NCBI GenBank assembly: GCA_000934665.2
Contig: JYFJ02001627.1
Span: forward strand, 1-64,000
Length of the DNA stretch: 64,000 bases
DNA from: Catajapyx aquilonaris
Taxonomy: Eukaryota
Reading direction: 5' to 3'
Shown: positions 40,101 to 55,100 of the stretch, piece after piece
Numbering within the stretch: the stretch's first letter is position 1
How the letters are laid out: each line of letters opens with the position of its first letter
Position numbers and translations under genes: made by a program
The notes under the pieces: model-generated
Told to the model about the DNA's origin: nothing
Databases searched by the model: none
Seen by the model: the letters and a program-made list of their open reading frames with translations, nothing else

Positions 40101-43100
40101 GGGGGAAGAGGTGCCATCTTCCTCTCACATACCTCCTCCTTTTTTTATTTTTTTATTGCCTCGTTTACTTAAGAGCCGAAAAGGGGGGTAAGGCAGGAGA
40201 TGGGGAGGATTTTCCAAACCGCGATAAAATCTCACTCCGACGAATCTGCAACTTGGGAACATTTTTACGGCTGAGAAACTCAGCCCTGGTTTTTTTTTCT
40301 TCCATCTTTTATTTTTTCCCCTCCTTATGGAGCCGCCTCGTCTCGAGATATACCTGCTCTCTTGCTGATTACTTTGATGGCCGCATGTTTGTCGAGGGGT
40401 GCTTATGTAGACGAGCGCCATCTGATGCAGGCCACCCTCGTCTGTCCCGACTCACCTCTCCCTTCCAAAACCTGTCGATAGGCCAATCTGCTTCGTACAA
40501 AACAGCTGCAAGTGAGCGACCCTTCCACCCTTTACCCCATAACCACCCCTCAACTTTGGAAAATCGCCCGACACTCGGATCGTTGTGTTTCTGGAGAGAC
40601 CCCCCCCCCCTTCCCTCCCATGAAAAAAAAACACTCAATAGACACATCGATTCTCTCGGATCATTACTACTACCCCATAGTTGTTCCATTTCTGGCTGAG
40701 AATATGTTTTTGTACGTAATTTATATGACTTTAACAGCTTTTACGCCCATTTTCTGGCGGAATATTGAAAGAGTTTGACGCACAAAAAAATTGAACATGC
40801 GCTGAAGTAATATCGTTCTATCGTTCCATCTCGGCACTTGTACTCCTTTCTTCTGTTGGAAAGGTTTGGTATGTAGCCCGCTGTGCCCATTTGATCAAAA
40901 ACTACGTGCCGCTAGTCTTTTAAAGGATAGTATTTCAGAGCAAAGAATAACACGGAATATCGATTCCCGGGGAAGGTTGTTACTAGTCCGTTCCAGTGCT
41001 GGGCATGTTCTATGCGCAGTTCACACCCCACCCTTCCCTTTACATTGCTTCCAATAATTCAGTCTTGGGAGAGATCTAGTGCCAAAAAAAAGCGCTATAA
41101 TATGTCAGGCCCGCTTTTTTGAGGCCTTCCGTCTGCAGGAGCAGTCATTGCCGATATTCATATCTGCGCCCAATTTGTCCAACTTGCTATCCCCGAGTCG
41201 TACAAAAGGAAAACTAATGAGGCTTCAGCCGCAAATGATGTTCCCGATTTATCTGTGAGCCGCAGGTGCTATTTATTCCAACTTTGGCTGAGAGGTGGAG
41301 GGGGTCTGACTTGATGAGCGGCGGTTTGCCTTCGATACGTTATTCGGGCTGCAAATTGGCGGGCCCTTTGCCAGAAGCCCACTTGAGGTGAGAGTTAGTT
41401 GCTGCCGCTACTGCAATGACCAAGGCGGGAATTAATGAGGGGGAAGGGTAGGGAGAGGGAGGAGGGGGCACACAGGGGAACAAAATTAAAGTGGCGTGCT
41501 TTGGGAGCCAAGCGGATGTCTAATCACTCTGGGGAGAGGAGGAAAGGGGGGTGTGGAGTGCAAAAAAAGGGAGAAAAATAAAGGTAAAAAAGTAACCCCC
41601 CCTATTCTGAAGCCTTACACACCCAGCCACCCACAAAAGTTACCCTAGAACTGCCAGGGGACCCTCGGGGTATCTTCCCAAGCCCGGCCCACAAATTAAA
41701 TTGGCTTCAACTGCCACTCCTTCCTCTTGCACAGTATATCGACCATCACTCTGGTTTCCGCCCATGTGCTATCTACATTTGGAATCGCTTCTTCCGGTTT
41801 GACTTCGAAGCTGTTGACGGAAAGAATGAGAGGAAGTCGGGTGGTGGTAGGGAGAAGTGTGACCCTGCGGCCATTTTGACTTGATTCGGCTGATACACTC
41901 TCATCATATTTAGGAGCATCGTGTTAATGACCCTTTTATTCTTTGTGTTGACCATTTGCCAAAGCCGTGGCCATGCCTGCGGCAGCCGGCAGTGCAAAAG
42001 TCATCAATATGATGGTATATTTATTTCCACTTCTGGCCCACCCGGTGGGCAGCAGTATATCACATTCTCATAAGCCAAAAAAAAATTCTAATGCGTTTTT
42101 TTGTTTTCAGCTGCAGCACACACTGATGGAGGTGGTTTAGGTGTCATAAAGATGCTGTGACCGTAGCAGGTACACACAGAAAGATTGTGGGTGTGGTTCT
42201 AAGAACAGTTTATTTCCGTACGAATGAAGGTAAATGATAGGTTGAGGATAGGGGCAGGGAGAGCGGCTCAGTGTGGAAGGGGTTGGCTCAAGGTGTGATG
42301 GGAGATGATGCCAAGGTTGGTCACGTGGGTAGGTGTATGAGCAAAAAAAGCGGAGTTGATGGGGTAATACAAAGCGGCATATACAGCCATGATGCAATAC
42401 TGTCACACACCTCCCTGCGGAGCTCCTGCATAGAAATCATAACAATGCAGCGAAAAGAAAATAGAAAAAGCATACAATAGAACACTGATACAATAGGCAC
42501 TGGCCGCATTGAGTAAACAATGTCATGTACAGAAAATGGAAGTTTGAGCCTTGGTTGAATCAGCACTTGTCTGCATCGCATTTCTTCAGTGTCCAGTGCA
42601 GAATGATTTGGAGCGACTTACAACGAGATCATTGCAGTCGTATCTTTTTGTAATGGTTACATTTATTGTTATGGGACATGACCAAAAAAAACCTGTCCTA
42701 ATGCAACGTGTAGGTTGAGTGAGTTTTAGGAGGTAGTGCAGAAGCAACAGACATGATCCCGCCATCCAGTGCAAATGGCTGGAACTGGGAGTAGGAACAA
42801 GAAGTGAGGAAACAAGAGATTTGATTGTCCGGATTGATGGCCATGGCCAGGACGCCTTTCACGTGGCCCAATATTGCTGTCCAACTTGAAAAGTGGATAA
42901 TAAAAGGGTAGCGTTTGGTAGCAATGCGGAGTAAAAAAATCGAATAGAGGAAAGTGACATTTGGAGTTGTTTTTTTCTTCTTCTGAAGCTTCACACTAAA
43001 CTGACCTGTTGTACAAGTTGTAGAGAAAGTACGGTAGTGTATTCTTGCTCCGGTTCCATCCTTTTATTCCCGACAGGATGATTGAGCCTGCTGGAGTTAA

Positions 43101-46100
43101 ACGTGTGGCCAAGTTGGTTTTGGCCGCTGGGGGCAATCAAAACTTCCCTCACTCCCTGAGCCTGCAAACTGCACCTTGTACTTCCACCATACAGTTGATA
43201 TTAGCCCTTCTACATTTGAAGACGTAAAATGCATGACGACAGTGTAGTCACCTTGGTAGTCACAATGACGCCATAATTTTTTGAGAGACTCATGGCAGAT
43301 TGAATTTAGCCTATCCCTAATAGAATACACTTTTCTGGTAGAGCGTCACTACTCTAGCAGAAAATTGACTTAACCATCCGAAAGTACTACACACGTCAAG
43401 GTACAGGCTACGGAACGCAATTTTGACCAAAATCGTTCTCCATCACGATTTTATCTTTTCAATCACCAGTGAGATATACTGATGAGTCCTTTAATTGAAC
43501 CGGATTAACACTCGACTTTTGCAATTTTGGTGGTAGATACAAATGGAGGTGTAGGATTTAGAAAAAAGGAATCACAAAAGGCCGCATTGATCTAATGAAA
43601 TAAATGGGTAAAATCTGGAAGAATCTCTGATTAAAATGGAAACCGCTGGTTGGGATGTACGTATGCGGTTAGGTCGTTTGGAGCGATTAGTCGGCAAATC
43701 ACGTGCAAATCAGCGGCAAAACAATCGTTCATTTCCAATGGGCTGTGAGTCCAAGGGTGACAGTAGTTTGTTAGCTGGGGAGGGAAGGGGGGGAAAGGAG
43801 AGTGAGGAATGAGCGCATTTCCATTCTCGTGGCAACAGCCCCTCCTCCCCGCTGAACCTACCTTCTCCCTTCTCTCAGTTTTGGCCGGGAACCTGATGGA
43901 AGCACTTAGGCAATTTGAGCGGTCTTCTCCTCGCCTGGGAGCCGGCCCATCCAACTCACCCCAAAGGACATAAATATGCAAACCATCCATTTCGTCATGA
44001 ATATTCATCCCCGATTCGTTACGCCTGATACAAAATGAGGAAAAGGATTCACTTCATTACACGCCCTGGAAATACATTTAGGCCGAAGGCTTTTGCTACC
44101 GCTGGGAAATGGCCCTTAGCATATGTCTTTTTTTGGTTCTTTTTATTATTCCGCCTTCCCCCCCCCCCTCCTCTCCACCCATGGTATCCCGTGCAACGTT
44201 CGGTGTCGCCCCCACAGAATGCCGTTCCAAAGGCTCGCCTCCCAAGTATTTTATTACCCTGCCACGTTGAGCACGAATGATTTCAGTTTGGTTCTGCCAT
44301 GGCAACATGCTGGCCCTTTGAGACCATGCACAGCATCTCCTATACCTCTGCCAGTCAATATCCCTTATGGTCTTTTGACCATTAGAAGGCTATACTTCGG
44401 ACGCGCCCCATGCGTAGTCAGATGCAAACCTCTTTATGATCTACTTGATAAAAAAATAGGCAATAATCTTATCACACAGAAAAATCCTATTGTCAATTGA
44501 CAACCTTGTGTAGTCAAAGTTGATATATGCTATTTTTCTGTATCTAGCAACGTGTCTAGTAAAGTGGTTCGTAGGTGTTTGCCATTTACACAAAGTTTGA
44601 AAGCCCGGCGTATTGGGATGCTGCTCTGTAGTTTGCTGACTCGTATGGTACTCATAACTTGAGGCAGTTTGTCGACAGGTGGAGGGGGAGTCGGACAGCA
44701 GCTGTGTAAAGATGGCGGAAATGCTTCAAGGAGTAGCAGAGAGCTCGTATGAAAAATGCAATGCAGTTGCTTACAACTTGCCGTTTGTCATGCTGTTTGA
44801 GAAGGACTGTCTGGAAATTGTGTGCTACTCATAACTTTAGGCAGTTTGTCCATAAGTGTAGTGTGAGTCGGATAGAACGTGTTTAAAGATGGAGCTTCAG
44901 ATATTCACCATGGAGGATAAAAGAGCAGTTGTTCTGTTTTATGCACAGAAGGAACGAAATCTGTCTATTGGCGAATATAGGCACGGCATTTTTTTTTACA
45001 TAACACCTTGTATTTTTCCACTTCAATAGCACAAGGAAATAACGCGCATATCACCCTCTGCTTTTAAGCTCAACAGTCAGCATTGTTGAACGCCCTTGTG
45101 TTTGATGTGTCGTTACGGACCTGGAACCGGATGATTTCCAGCGGTTCCCAACACATGCCGAGGCATATCCGTCCACGTACAGTGGGAAGCCTGCTTCACC
45201 TCGCTCGGAATGAATAACCAAGTGGACATTTACAGTCATGGCGAGCCTTCAGCACATCCAGGCAGCGAGTGGTGCAGATTCATCATAGGGTTATAACAAA
45301 ATCCCGCCGCGATTTAATGGCCGGTTGAAGCGCATCGGGGCAGAGCCACATGTCAAAGTCCTATACGTCGAACGCATCGATGGTTCCAAATCGGTGCACG
45401 AGTGAGCAGAATGTACACTACAGTAGAGTAACAGTTTGGGCTAAAGTGTTGGGGCTTTTTAGGTCTATTTCACACTATGAGCACTATACACATGCTTGCT
45501 GTCGGTCACCTCGTTCATCTTTGTTCCTTCATTCATCGAGTTTTGTTTACTGCACTTGCTTTTACTCTGTTTTACTCTATACTCGGGAGAATTTATTTTA
45601 TTCATAAGCAAGCATCAGCGTATGGATAGTATAATATCGTAATGTATCTCTCATACTTCTTATTGAATCTGCGATTAGCTTTCCACAACAGAATGCTCAT
45701 TGCCCTCCATATGTTTTCAGGATGGAATCCACAATATCAAATTCCATGCAGATGTCTCAGGCCACTATCCCTTTGTGCAAATTATAATATTGCTTTATTT
45801 TAAAATTTTCAATTTTTTCTGTTGGTATACTGTATGACAACGAATTTTGTTTATGTCACATATATTGTTTACGAACTTGATTTTTGCTAAATGCTTTTTG
45901 AACCATAAGGCGACTTCAAATTTGGATATTACAATCATCAAGTTAATTATAAAATGTCAGTTTTAGTGAAAAATACATTACTCGAAAAATTGGGCATCAT
46001 CTATCTTAAATACTTAAGCTCGAATTATTTCAGGTCCTTGGCGCCTTTATTTGTACCTTGGAAAGATTGAAAATTCGCCCACTAATCTCTGTGTTGGTGG

Positions 46101-49100
46101 TTTTTATTAGGCTACTAACTTTCACTTTTCTAATAAACACTATCAAGCGCTATTTGCAAAATAGGTGTTCTACAGATTACTTATCTCACCTGCTAACATT
46201 ATTTTCTATTGGATATGGCCCAGTGGAACAATTGACATCTAATTTGAGCTATATAACCCATTTTTTCAGGTAAAGGCAGGTGCATGCCACCTAAAATAAG
46301 CAGCTACTGTAATACGTTTGATAACCACTAAAATAATATATTCAAAAGTAACTGCTTAATATAAGTAACTTCGTGCTATAATAAATTGTTTACCACTTCG
46401 GACATTAAATTTCAACTGAACCATCCTGTATAACAAGTGGTATTTTATTTTATCCCGTGATAGGGCGGAGCCCTTTTAGAGGGGAAGGGGAGGTTCCCAA
46501 GGGAGGGAGCTGTAATTATAGTCATTTCTGACTTCATGAATATACACCAGACCATTTCTCCTGGCCCAGGGCAGAGTAGGGAGTGCAATTCTGCCCCGGC
46601 ATGTCGGGTTAACAGCGGAAAAAGACCCGACCAAGCAGAGGTAACGGGGACGGGATTTGAACCCCGGCCTCCCGCTTGGCTAGCCAGTGGCGTAACCACC
46701 AGACCACCATGCCTCCCTTACTACTGTGGTATTAAATGAGACTACAACTGATTCACTTGACACTGTAATTATACACTAATTGGTGCAGTGAGCAAATATT
46801 ATTTTACAAATAGGTAGGTTAACCTTTTCCGAGTTTTCAATGAATCGTTTCAGTTTATTGGACCAGTAATTAAACTCCCCTTTTGCTCCGCGCATTATAT
46901 GAGTCACGTAATAACCACAAGTAAAAATTCAAAACACACAAAAGAAGGCTTTTATGCAACCGCCAACAAGACCGCAACTAATAAACGCGTCGCAACCATT
47001 ACAATGGTGTACATACAGTTTAATTACTTTCGCTAATTGCTGATATAACTAATTTTAAATTCGTATGTTGAAAGTAGATATTTATCTATTCAGGTGAGTT
47101 CACCAATGTCAACCTGCATCATGTGAAGAATTTCTTATAATAAATTTGGAAAGCCCATCCGAAATTTTTCCCCTGTAACTAAGCATACCATTATAATATA
47201 CGAGAGATTGTCAAGTACCGTATAAGCAAGTCAGGCAACTGTGGCCGGAAGTGGCTGAGAAACAAATTACACGCGTGCATGCATGAGAATTGCCAATGAC
47301 TCATCTACATACTTCCCTCTCGATTTAGGTCGCAACTCTAACTTCCCGCAATTGCGTGCCCATCACTGATGCAGATTTGATGCCTCGCCAGTTCAGACTT
47401 CAGAATTTCTTGCGGATTATTCCACCCCTTTATTTAATTCGCGGCAGAAAAGTTATTTGTAAAACTTTAATAGTAATCGAATTTTAAAGGTATCATAGTT
47501 TCATCCCAATTATGGGGCCTCATACTGAGCAAATTGATATAGTTTTCAAATATATAATGTGGGGATCATTTCATTCAGCTGTGATATGGTCAAGTTATAT
47601 ATTTTTGCGGCTTCCTTAGCAGTGTTGATAATAAACCGTAATTCACAACTTTCAAGGCACAAAATTAATAACAAATCGTTTAATGCACATGACAGCAAAC
47701 CTCTTTCATATATCAAAGCACCTTTGAATACCAGATGAAGAAATACCCACCTTTGTAATAGAGTTCCTTAATAAAACGTATTTTTGGCCGATTTAGGCTT
47801 TGCTTGTCTTTTAGGGAACTTTTTGAACAGTGATTACTATATGGAATTAATCCATCACAGAGAATTTTTCGTGTTTTTAAAGCATGAACTTGAAAGGTCT
47901 AATGCTTAAATATAGCCTATTCTTTATAATCTGTTTAGGGCTTACATTATTGTAATTCCCGGTGCCCTTTTCTGCTTTGTCGGAGAAACTGTGATTCACA
48001 TAGACAAAAATAATCGTTCTACAACTACAGTATATGACTTAAAAGAAAACGTTTCAAATATACTTACAAAAGTAGCAGGCTTACAAAGACTATTCCGAGG
48101 AAAACTAAAGTTCCACTTCTTGCACTGTATGGCCCATTTTACACATTTTTCATCATTTTCCGCTACGTTATATTTATTTGTGAATAACTTACTGTATAGA
48201 TTTATGTGCCATAGCCTCGTATGAACTGTAGCTCCCTTGGGAAGCGTTCCAGTCAAACACCGCACACTTCGTAAACTTCCATGCATTACTAAGCTTCGTA
48301 ACGTAGGGCGTACTCTAAATAATTTAGGGAGTTCCAAATTGTGTAATACAGTTTCCAAGTTCGACTCTCAAAGATTACCCAGTTTGGAAACTGAAGCGAT
48401 CCTTCTGAAATACTGACAGTCTGCAGAGACTGTGGGATGAGTAAGTGTTTTCTTCATACATTCTAGCCTATTGTTTTCAACCATTATTTTTTCTAGAAAT
48501 TGTTTACAAAATAAAAATATAATATTTTGAGAGTAGGTGGCAGTTCTGTCTGGCCTGCACTGAAATGAATGCCTAGTTGCTGAATGAACACAAAGAGCGC
48601 CCCCTTCTTCCCAACACTGCGTGGCTATTATATTTGAAGGGGTCAGGGTGCAAGAAAGCCACCACAAAGTAGTTAAGTACAAGGGAGAGAAAGGGAGAAA
48701 GAGAGGGGTGGATAAGGGAGGGGATCGTGGATTGGAAAGTGACGTGCCACATGCCAAGAGCGAATCTCCGTTATTAATGGAAATTCATTAATATTGATTT
48801 GTGCTTAATCGTAGTGGTTCAGTCTGCCCATTCATGACAGCCGTGACTTCGTGACAAAAAAAATCCCCCCTCGGCTGTTATCAAGTGATTACTGTTTGCA
48901 GACGAGTGACGTTTATCGGGGATCCTAACCTCTAATCATGATCGAGTAAGCCCACCGTTACAACTCATGCCTTGCACACTAATTGCAATTTCAGCCAAGC
49001 CCCTCGTTAACAAGGGGCCCAGAGTTGAAAATTTGCCAGCTGTTTTTTGCTCCCTCTTCATGAGTTTGTATTTTGACTTTTACTAGAGATGTCTACACAC

Positions 49101-52100
49101 AAAATCTGAGTCTTCGCTGCTATTTATTTATTTATTTCTATATTTATTATGTTATTCATGCTGTGTCAGAATGTGTCAACAATGCTTGACCGGATTAAGG
49201 AACCAGGCCAGTGACCATACCCTTGAAATAGGTAAGGTAGATGGCAAAAAGGGATTAAGCTCACTTGTTACTGCCAGAAAAGATATAATCTGCCGCATAA
49301 AGGGTCCAGGTATATTGCCGAGGAGGGGCGGGAGTGAATAGGTCCAAGTCCTGTTGAAGACTTATCTGTGAGAAGGGAGGGGCAGAGTTAAGCGTGATGT
49401 AAATGAGGCCTTAGATTTTCTTTTGTCATATTGGATCCAAGGTCTACCGTATGCGATCTGACGGAACCCTACGATGCATGTGCCCCTTGTTCCCGAAGGA
49501 AAACATTTAAATGAGCTTCCCGGATTTAAGCTAGGACCTTGTCGACGTCCCCTACTTATTCTGTATCATTTAGATACAGCGAAAACTATATTACATGTAG
49601 GGAAAATAGAAAGTCATTTGTAACCGTTCCTATTCCGTGTTTGTTGTCATTATTGTTGTGGCTGATGCTTTTGGTATTAATCCACCCAAGGGGTACGCAC
49701 GAGTAATCGGGCGTTCAGGTTGAAGCGTTTTCAAGGTCATGTTTTATCCTGAAAGTCCGAAACCCATGAGTCTCGCTTGTATCATTTATTGCCGGTATTT
49801 CAGGGGCATAGCTCAGCCATACACGATTTCTTTGTCAGTAGCGCTACTAGCTCACTAAACTGTAAATAACTACGCCTTTCGTTACACGTACAGAGTAAAT
49901 CACACCTGTTGGGGGAGGTGTGGTGGCCGAGATGGTAACGTCTCGCCTTGCTGAGTGAAAGGTCCCAGGTTCAATCCCCGCCTGGGAGCTCCCTTTCACC
50001 TGCGTCGGCGAGGGTCTCTGACCCGTACCTTGGAGGTGTCTGGCAACCTAACCTCCTGGGGGACTGCACAAGACCCACACAATCATAATGACAACGCACT
50101 TGGACCCGTGTCCCCTCCCCAAAAATCCCTAGATCGTTACCGCTTACCCAGTGTCCACCATGCACCGGAGCTCGAAGAAAATAAAAAATATCACAGAAAA
50201 TACGGTGGTGTCCCACCTCCCTAAGAGAGCCAAGGACTCTCTAGCACACGGAGTAGCACAAATAAAAAAATAAACAAATCAATCACACCTGTTGAGACTG
50301 TCGTATTGTAGCAGTTATAAACAAAGGAAGTCAGCAATTTAAACAGCTATTATTAACAAGATACGCCTGGAGATGATGCTATCATTTTGGTAACGATTAT
50401 TACTTGTGGTACTGTACATTAAATACTTTCTACGCAGTATTTTCCAATATAGTATATTTTTATCGATCTGTCCTTTCTAGCACAATCCTGTTTAAGAACT
50501 GACACTGCAGGTGGCAGCAAGGGTCAAGCGCGAACTCAAATAAGAACGCGGCGAGGGGATTGGGGGGCTTGGAGCAGAGTTCGAAGTCATTAATCTGCAG
50601 TTGATCGACCGTATCGTTGCACACAGCTACTACACTGGTTAATTCCTTGTGCATCCTCACTTGTCTCATGGCCTTTCACTCTACGAAAACCCGATAAAGG
50701 GGAGGAAAACCAGAACAACAGAAGAAGAATTTTCGCAGTACCAAGACGAAAAAAACATCGTATCAATTTAATTATCCTAGATATTCTGCGAGATAGCCTA
50801 CTGTATATTACTACTAGGATATTATTACGCTTTTGTGACCATTCACGAGCGTTCAATCAACATGCATGTTGATGCCTGTACTTGATTATCTTCGGCTCCG
50901 TCCTTGGTCGCTATTTTACGTTCGTACAGTAGCCTTTACGCCTCTGGGAGATAGAGCAGCCTGCTGACATACGCTCTCGTAATTAGGTTTTGTACAGTAA
51001 AAAAAATCCACGAGGCAGATGAGGATGCCTGAGTATGTCGTCGTGTAATTCTCGCATGCAATGGCACTCGATCAGTGTGTTGTCTATTTATGATTACCAT
51101 TATACTAACACACTCAACTTCCTTATCGATTCCGAATTGTAGTAAGCCTGCTTGGGGCACTTGGAGTGTTATCAACATTCGATTCATGTGTACGGTGACT
51201 TTTAATCAATTGATAACATATTTAGACTCTATACTGTTAGAACCCACGCAGATAATAATTATGTGGTCATTGGGTATGGATATTGTTGGGCTGTATGCAT
51301 CAAATTAACAGAATATTAACCAATAATACCGCGGTGTAGGGATATTTTCCTGACCAATCAACGTGAATGCAAAGGCTAATTTATTTCTCATCCTCTCTAC
51401 TTTGAGAATAGTCTAAAACCACCTTTTCATTGGCTGCTTGTTAAACTCTTACTAATTATTAAACCGACAGCACTATCGTTAAACCTAAGTAGTATATGAA
51501 TAAATTATTTATCATTCTGGACAGGAGGGTGGTGTAGTGTGGTTAAGCCTTTCCACCTTTCCACCTCTGTGATGCTCTGAGTTCGATCACAGGTCGAGTG
51601 ATGGATATCTCACGCGGGCACAGTAATGTCTCCATGAATTCTCTCTGCGTGCTTGCGTGAGATTACTCCTTTCTTCCATTTTTAAGAACCCATCAGCAGC
51701 AATAAGGTGAACAATAAATTCTGGACAATTTAAGAAGGCCCTCCTAATGGCCAAAACGTAAGACTCTTACATCTTATTGTATCCGACCTTTCTGTTACAG
51801 CCCGATTTACACCAGACCTTCACATAATGATCGTATTCAGGGTGTATCGGAACTCTACCGTAAGCCATATGCCAATGGCGTAATGGTCAGCAGATGATCA
51901 TTTACAGTATCGGAATCATAGGCCTGGGCCGCCGCATGACCGAGATAATTGACCTCAACCAATAGGTATAAAATATCCTGGCAGGTATGCAAACCTTCAG
52001 CCGCCAATCGCATCACAGGTGAATGTCGCAGCTATTTTCTGGGGGGCTACTGCCACACTGCTATTGGGGTAGTCACTAAGGGCTCTTAGAATGCAGTTCC

Positions 52101-55100
52101 CCTCAGATGCACTGCTATTCTACAATCACGCTTAAGCGCAATCGCTACTTCGCAAATGATCAATTATCTACGTGATGTGGCTGCCTAGACATGATGACCC
52201 CTCTACATATAATGATGCTCTGGTGCCCCTTATGCCATTGGTACATGGCTTATGGTATAGTTCCGATACACCCTGTATATTAAAATGTACCTTGGTGGTA
52301 TCATTAATAACAGCACAATTTGTATTATGTTATTCGTTTAGCGATGGTATGACAAAACTGCAAAAATACGTTGTGTGGACCTTTGAGGATCCTGATTCAG
52401 GTCGCGAGCTGAGGTTGGGAAGCACCGGGTTGGAAGCATGTTGTGGTTGGAAAGCCTGCAGTAAGTGAATAATACAGTATAATTTTCCCTGTTCCAGATG
52501 CGCCAGTTTGCAGGGCGGAAGGAGCCGTGGTGATAGGGGTGTCTCGAGAGGAACGAATCCAAATCCGGTGCGAGGTGGAGGCCGATCCTGGACAGGTGAC
52601 GTTCAAGTGGCAGTTCGACAATTCCGGAGAGGTGATCAGCGTGCCACAGCAGCGGTATACCAACATTGGCACCACATCGCTGCTCAGCTACGCACCCGTC
52701 TCCACTCTCGACTATGGGACACTATCCTGCCAAGCAGATAATGTTATTGGCCCCCAGTTGGCACCCTGTATCTTTCAGGTAGTTGCTGCAGGTAAAATAC
52801 CCTCATCTCACTTGCTTCTTGCTGTCGCACGCACGCTTTTTAATCCGCGACATAGTAGCATAATGCATTATTTTATTAATCTTATACTGGATAATTATCT
52901 CACTTGTCAGTTAAGAAGTGGTTTTGGAAAAAGCAACACGAATGGCTACATTTTAGAAATTTTTGGGGGGTTGGGCCAGGTGGGGGTCTCACTAATGCGG
53001 CAGGTAAAAATGACGTGATACAATGACATGGGCTAGATAGAATTGCATAGGAGAGCCTGTTCGGGCGTATTGATTTTGAAAACCCTTTTTATTATTTAGT
53101 GGTATCCAGTTACTTTTATTGCCAATTGCGCAGCTCATCATTTGGGAGGTTTTGGACATATCGCTATCGTGAGCAGGAAAGCACAGTTTGGAGTGACAGT
53201 GCTGCAGGTATTCGTGACATGATTGGTCGGAAATACTGGGGACTAGGTTAAGTAATGCGTTTTCCTGTTTGTTTGCTCTGTAATTGACCATCTGGGCAAA
53301 GGAAATGGTAGAATTTGATGAAATTAGAATGTGGCTGTACAGTAATAAGTTCCATCCTGCTGAAAGATATATCCAGGGCAAGTCGACATTATTCTGTAAT
53401 TTGACATCCGGTTCCAAAACCACATCCGAGAGTATACTCTCCAAATGACCTGAGAGTATAAAATCAAATTATTATTGATGTACTGTACTCTGGGTTTGCA
53501 TAGCATTGGTGTTTGTTGGCGATGTGAACTAAGTGAGCCGTTTCCAATTGAGTATGAGTTGGATGCTGCATTTTCAGAGAGGCCATCACCATTGCGAAAT
53601 TGCACCCTGTTCAACCAGACGTCCGAGTCTCTGGAGGTGGAGTGTGTGGCAGGCTTTGACGGGGGACTGTCCCAAAGCTTCGTTCTAGAGGTATTCGAAA
53701 GCAAGACAGGAGAACTGAAATACAATCTCAGCAACGACAGTCCCACCTTTCACCTGGCTAACCTGACCCCAGGAAACACTTTCTACCTATTGCTCTATGC
53801 CCTTAACTCCAAGGGACGAAGTGATGCTGTCAAAGTGGAGGAAGTGGCTGTCAAGGATGCTCAGAAGCGCACAGGTAAGTTTGTTGTTGTTGATCTATAT
53901 GCAATCGTAGCCTTCCACAGGTTCCTTACCTATATTTTGAGTGAAAATTAAATAATAACTCTCTTTCTGCTATGGCTGCAATCATTGGGCGCCATGCCCT
54001 GCTAAAGTTTTGCTGAGCTGCAAATATGGACGCTGCCAACCAACCCACGTCAGTAATTCAAATTGTTGAGTGTAGCCTGCATGCTAGTGACAGTAACGTT
54101 GCTAGCCGCTGCATTAACAAGGTGTGTCGGCACGTTATTGCAGAGGGCAATTCAATTACGGCCAATGCAGTCAAAGCTAGCGTATTTCAGTATACAGTAC
54201 AGTTTGGTACATAGTGTCCTTTGCATAATCGCAACACATTTTGCAATTCACTTGACACTAACGGCAATTTCTCCCGGTGTTTGCCAAAAACCATTGTGAA
54301 GAGAGGATGAACCGTGTCACCATCGAGGTATGATGTTATGACCCACGTGTCAACGTGAGTACTCACGCCATTGCACTGACGACCACATACTGAGGGCAGT
54401 TTTTGTGTACCCATATCGTTGGGGAAGGAGAAAGTAGACAATATCCATGACAGTCCCAAGATAGACCGGTAGTGAATTACAGTTTCAACAATACTACAGA
54501 TATTTATAACAGTTCACATTAACCGCCTTTTCAAAATTACTTTCAAAAATGCTGAATATGGATCATACAAGAAACGGCCAATATTTTCCCGGCGTAGATA
54601 ACGAAACGCAGTACTAACTTGGGGTTTTTGCTATTGCAAGTACTGTTGGGACTAGTGCCTTGTTGGCACCAAACATACAGGTCTAGGGAATTGTCCATGC
54701 AGTGACGCAGCGAAAATTAGTTGACTACCAGCTTTCCCATAGAATCCCCCAGCGGATTCCTTAGTTTTTTCCCCGCTAATAAGCTCATCCGAACGTCCAG
54801 AGCAGACACTTGGCTAAGTTGTACATAATTATACTGCTGTATACCCTAAGGAAGACAAGGCCCATCACTTTTCCAGTTTAGTGGGCTATTTTCCACAGTA
54901 GTTGTTGCAGTACCACCTGCTGACTCTTTGGAATCTCGGACCCATTTTCGAAGTGTGCTTGGCCCCAAGTACTGTACTTGAAGAAAGTCTGGAAAATATA
55001 CGACGACGAAAGTAGTAGTAAAGCAAGAACAGCTAGGATGTGGAATGGGAAAAGGATAAGCAATCAGGTTTTAGACGAGTACAGCAGCACTTTCTAGGGA

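Noticed and set aside
41770..42990. Possible LINE RT remnant on the minus strand (also a YAAD-like motif at about 49290)
   Set aside because: The motif resemblance is too degraded to call without a profile search.
43478..43515. ctgatgagtcc, resembling a hammerhead ribozyme core
   Set aside because: No properly placed GAAA and no closing stems.
52342..52460. Possible extra exon (tttag|...gcctgca|gtaagt) just upstream of exon 52498
   Set aside because: It has an in-frame TGA in the required phase and would leave an intron of only 37 nt.
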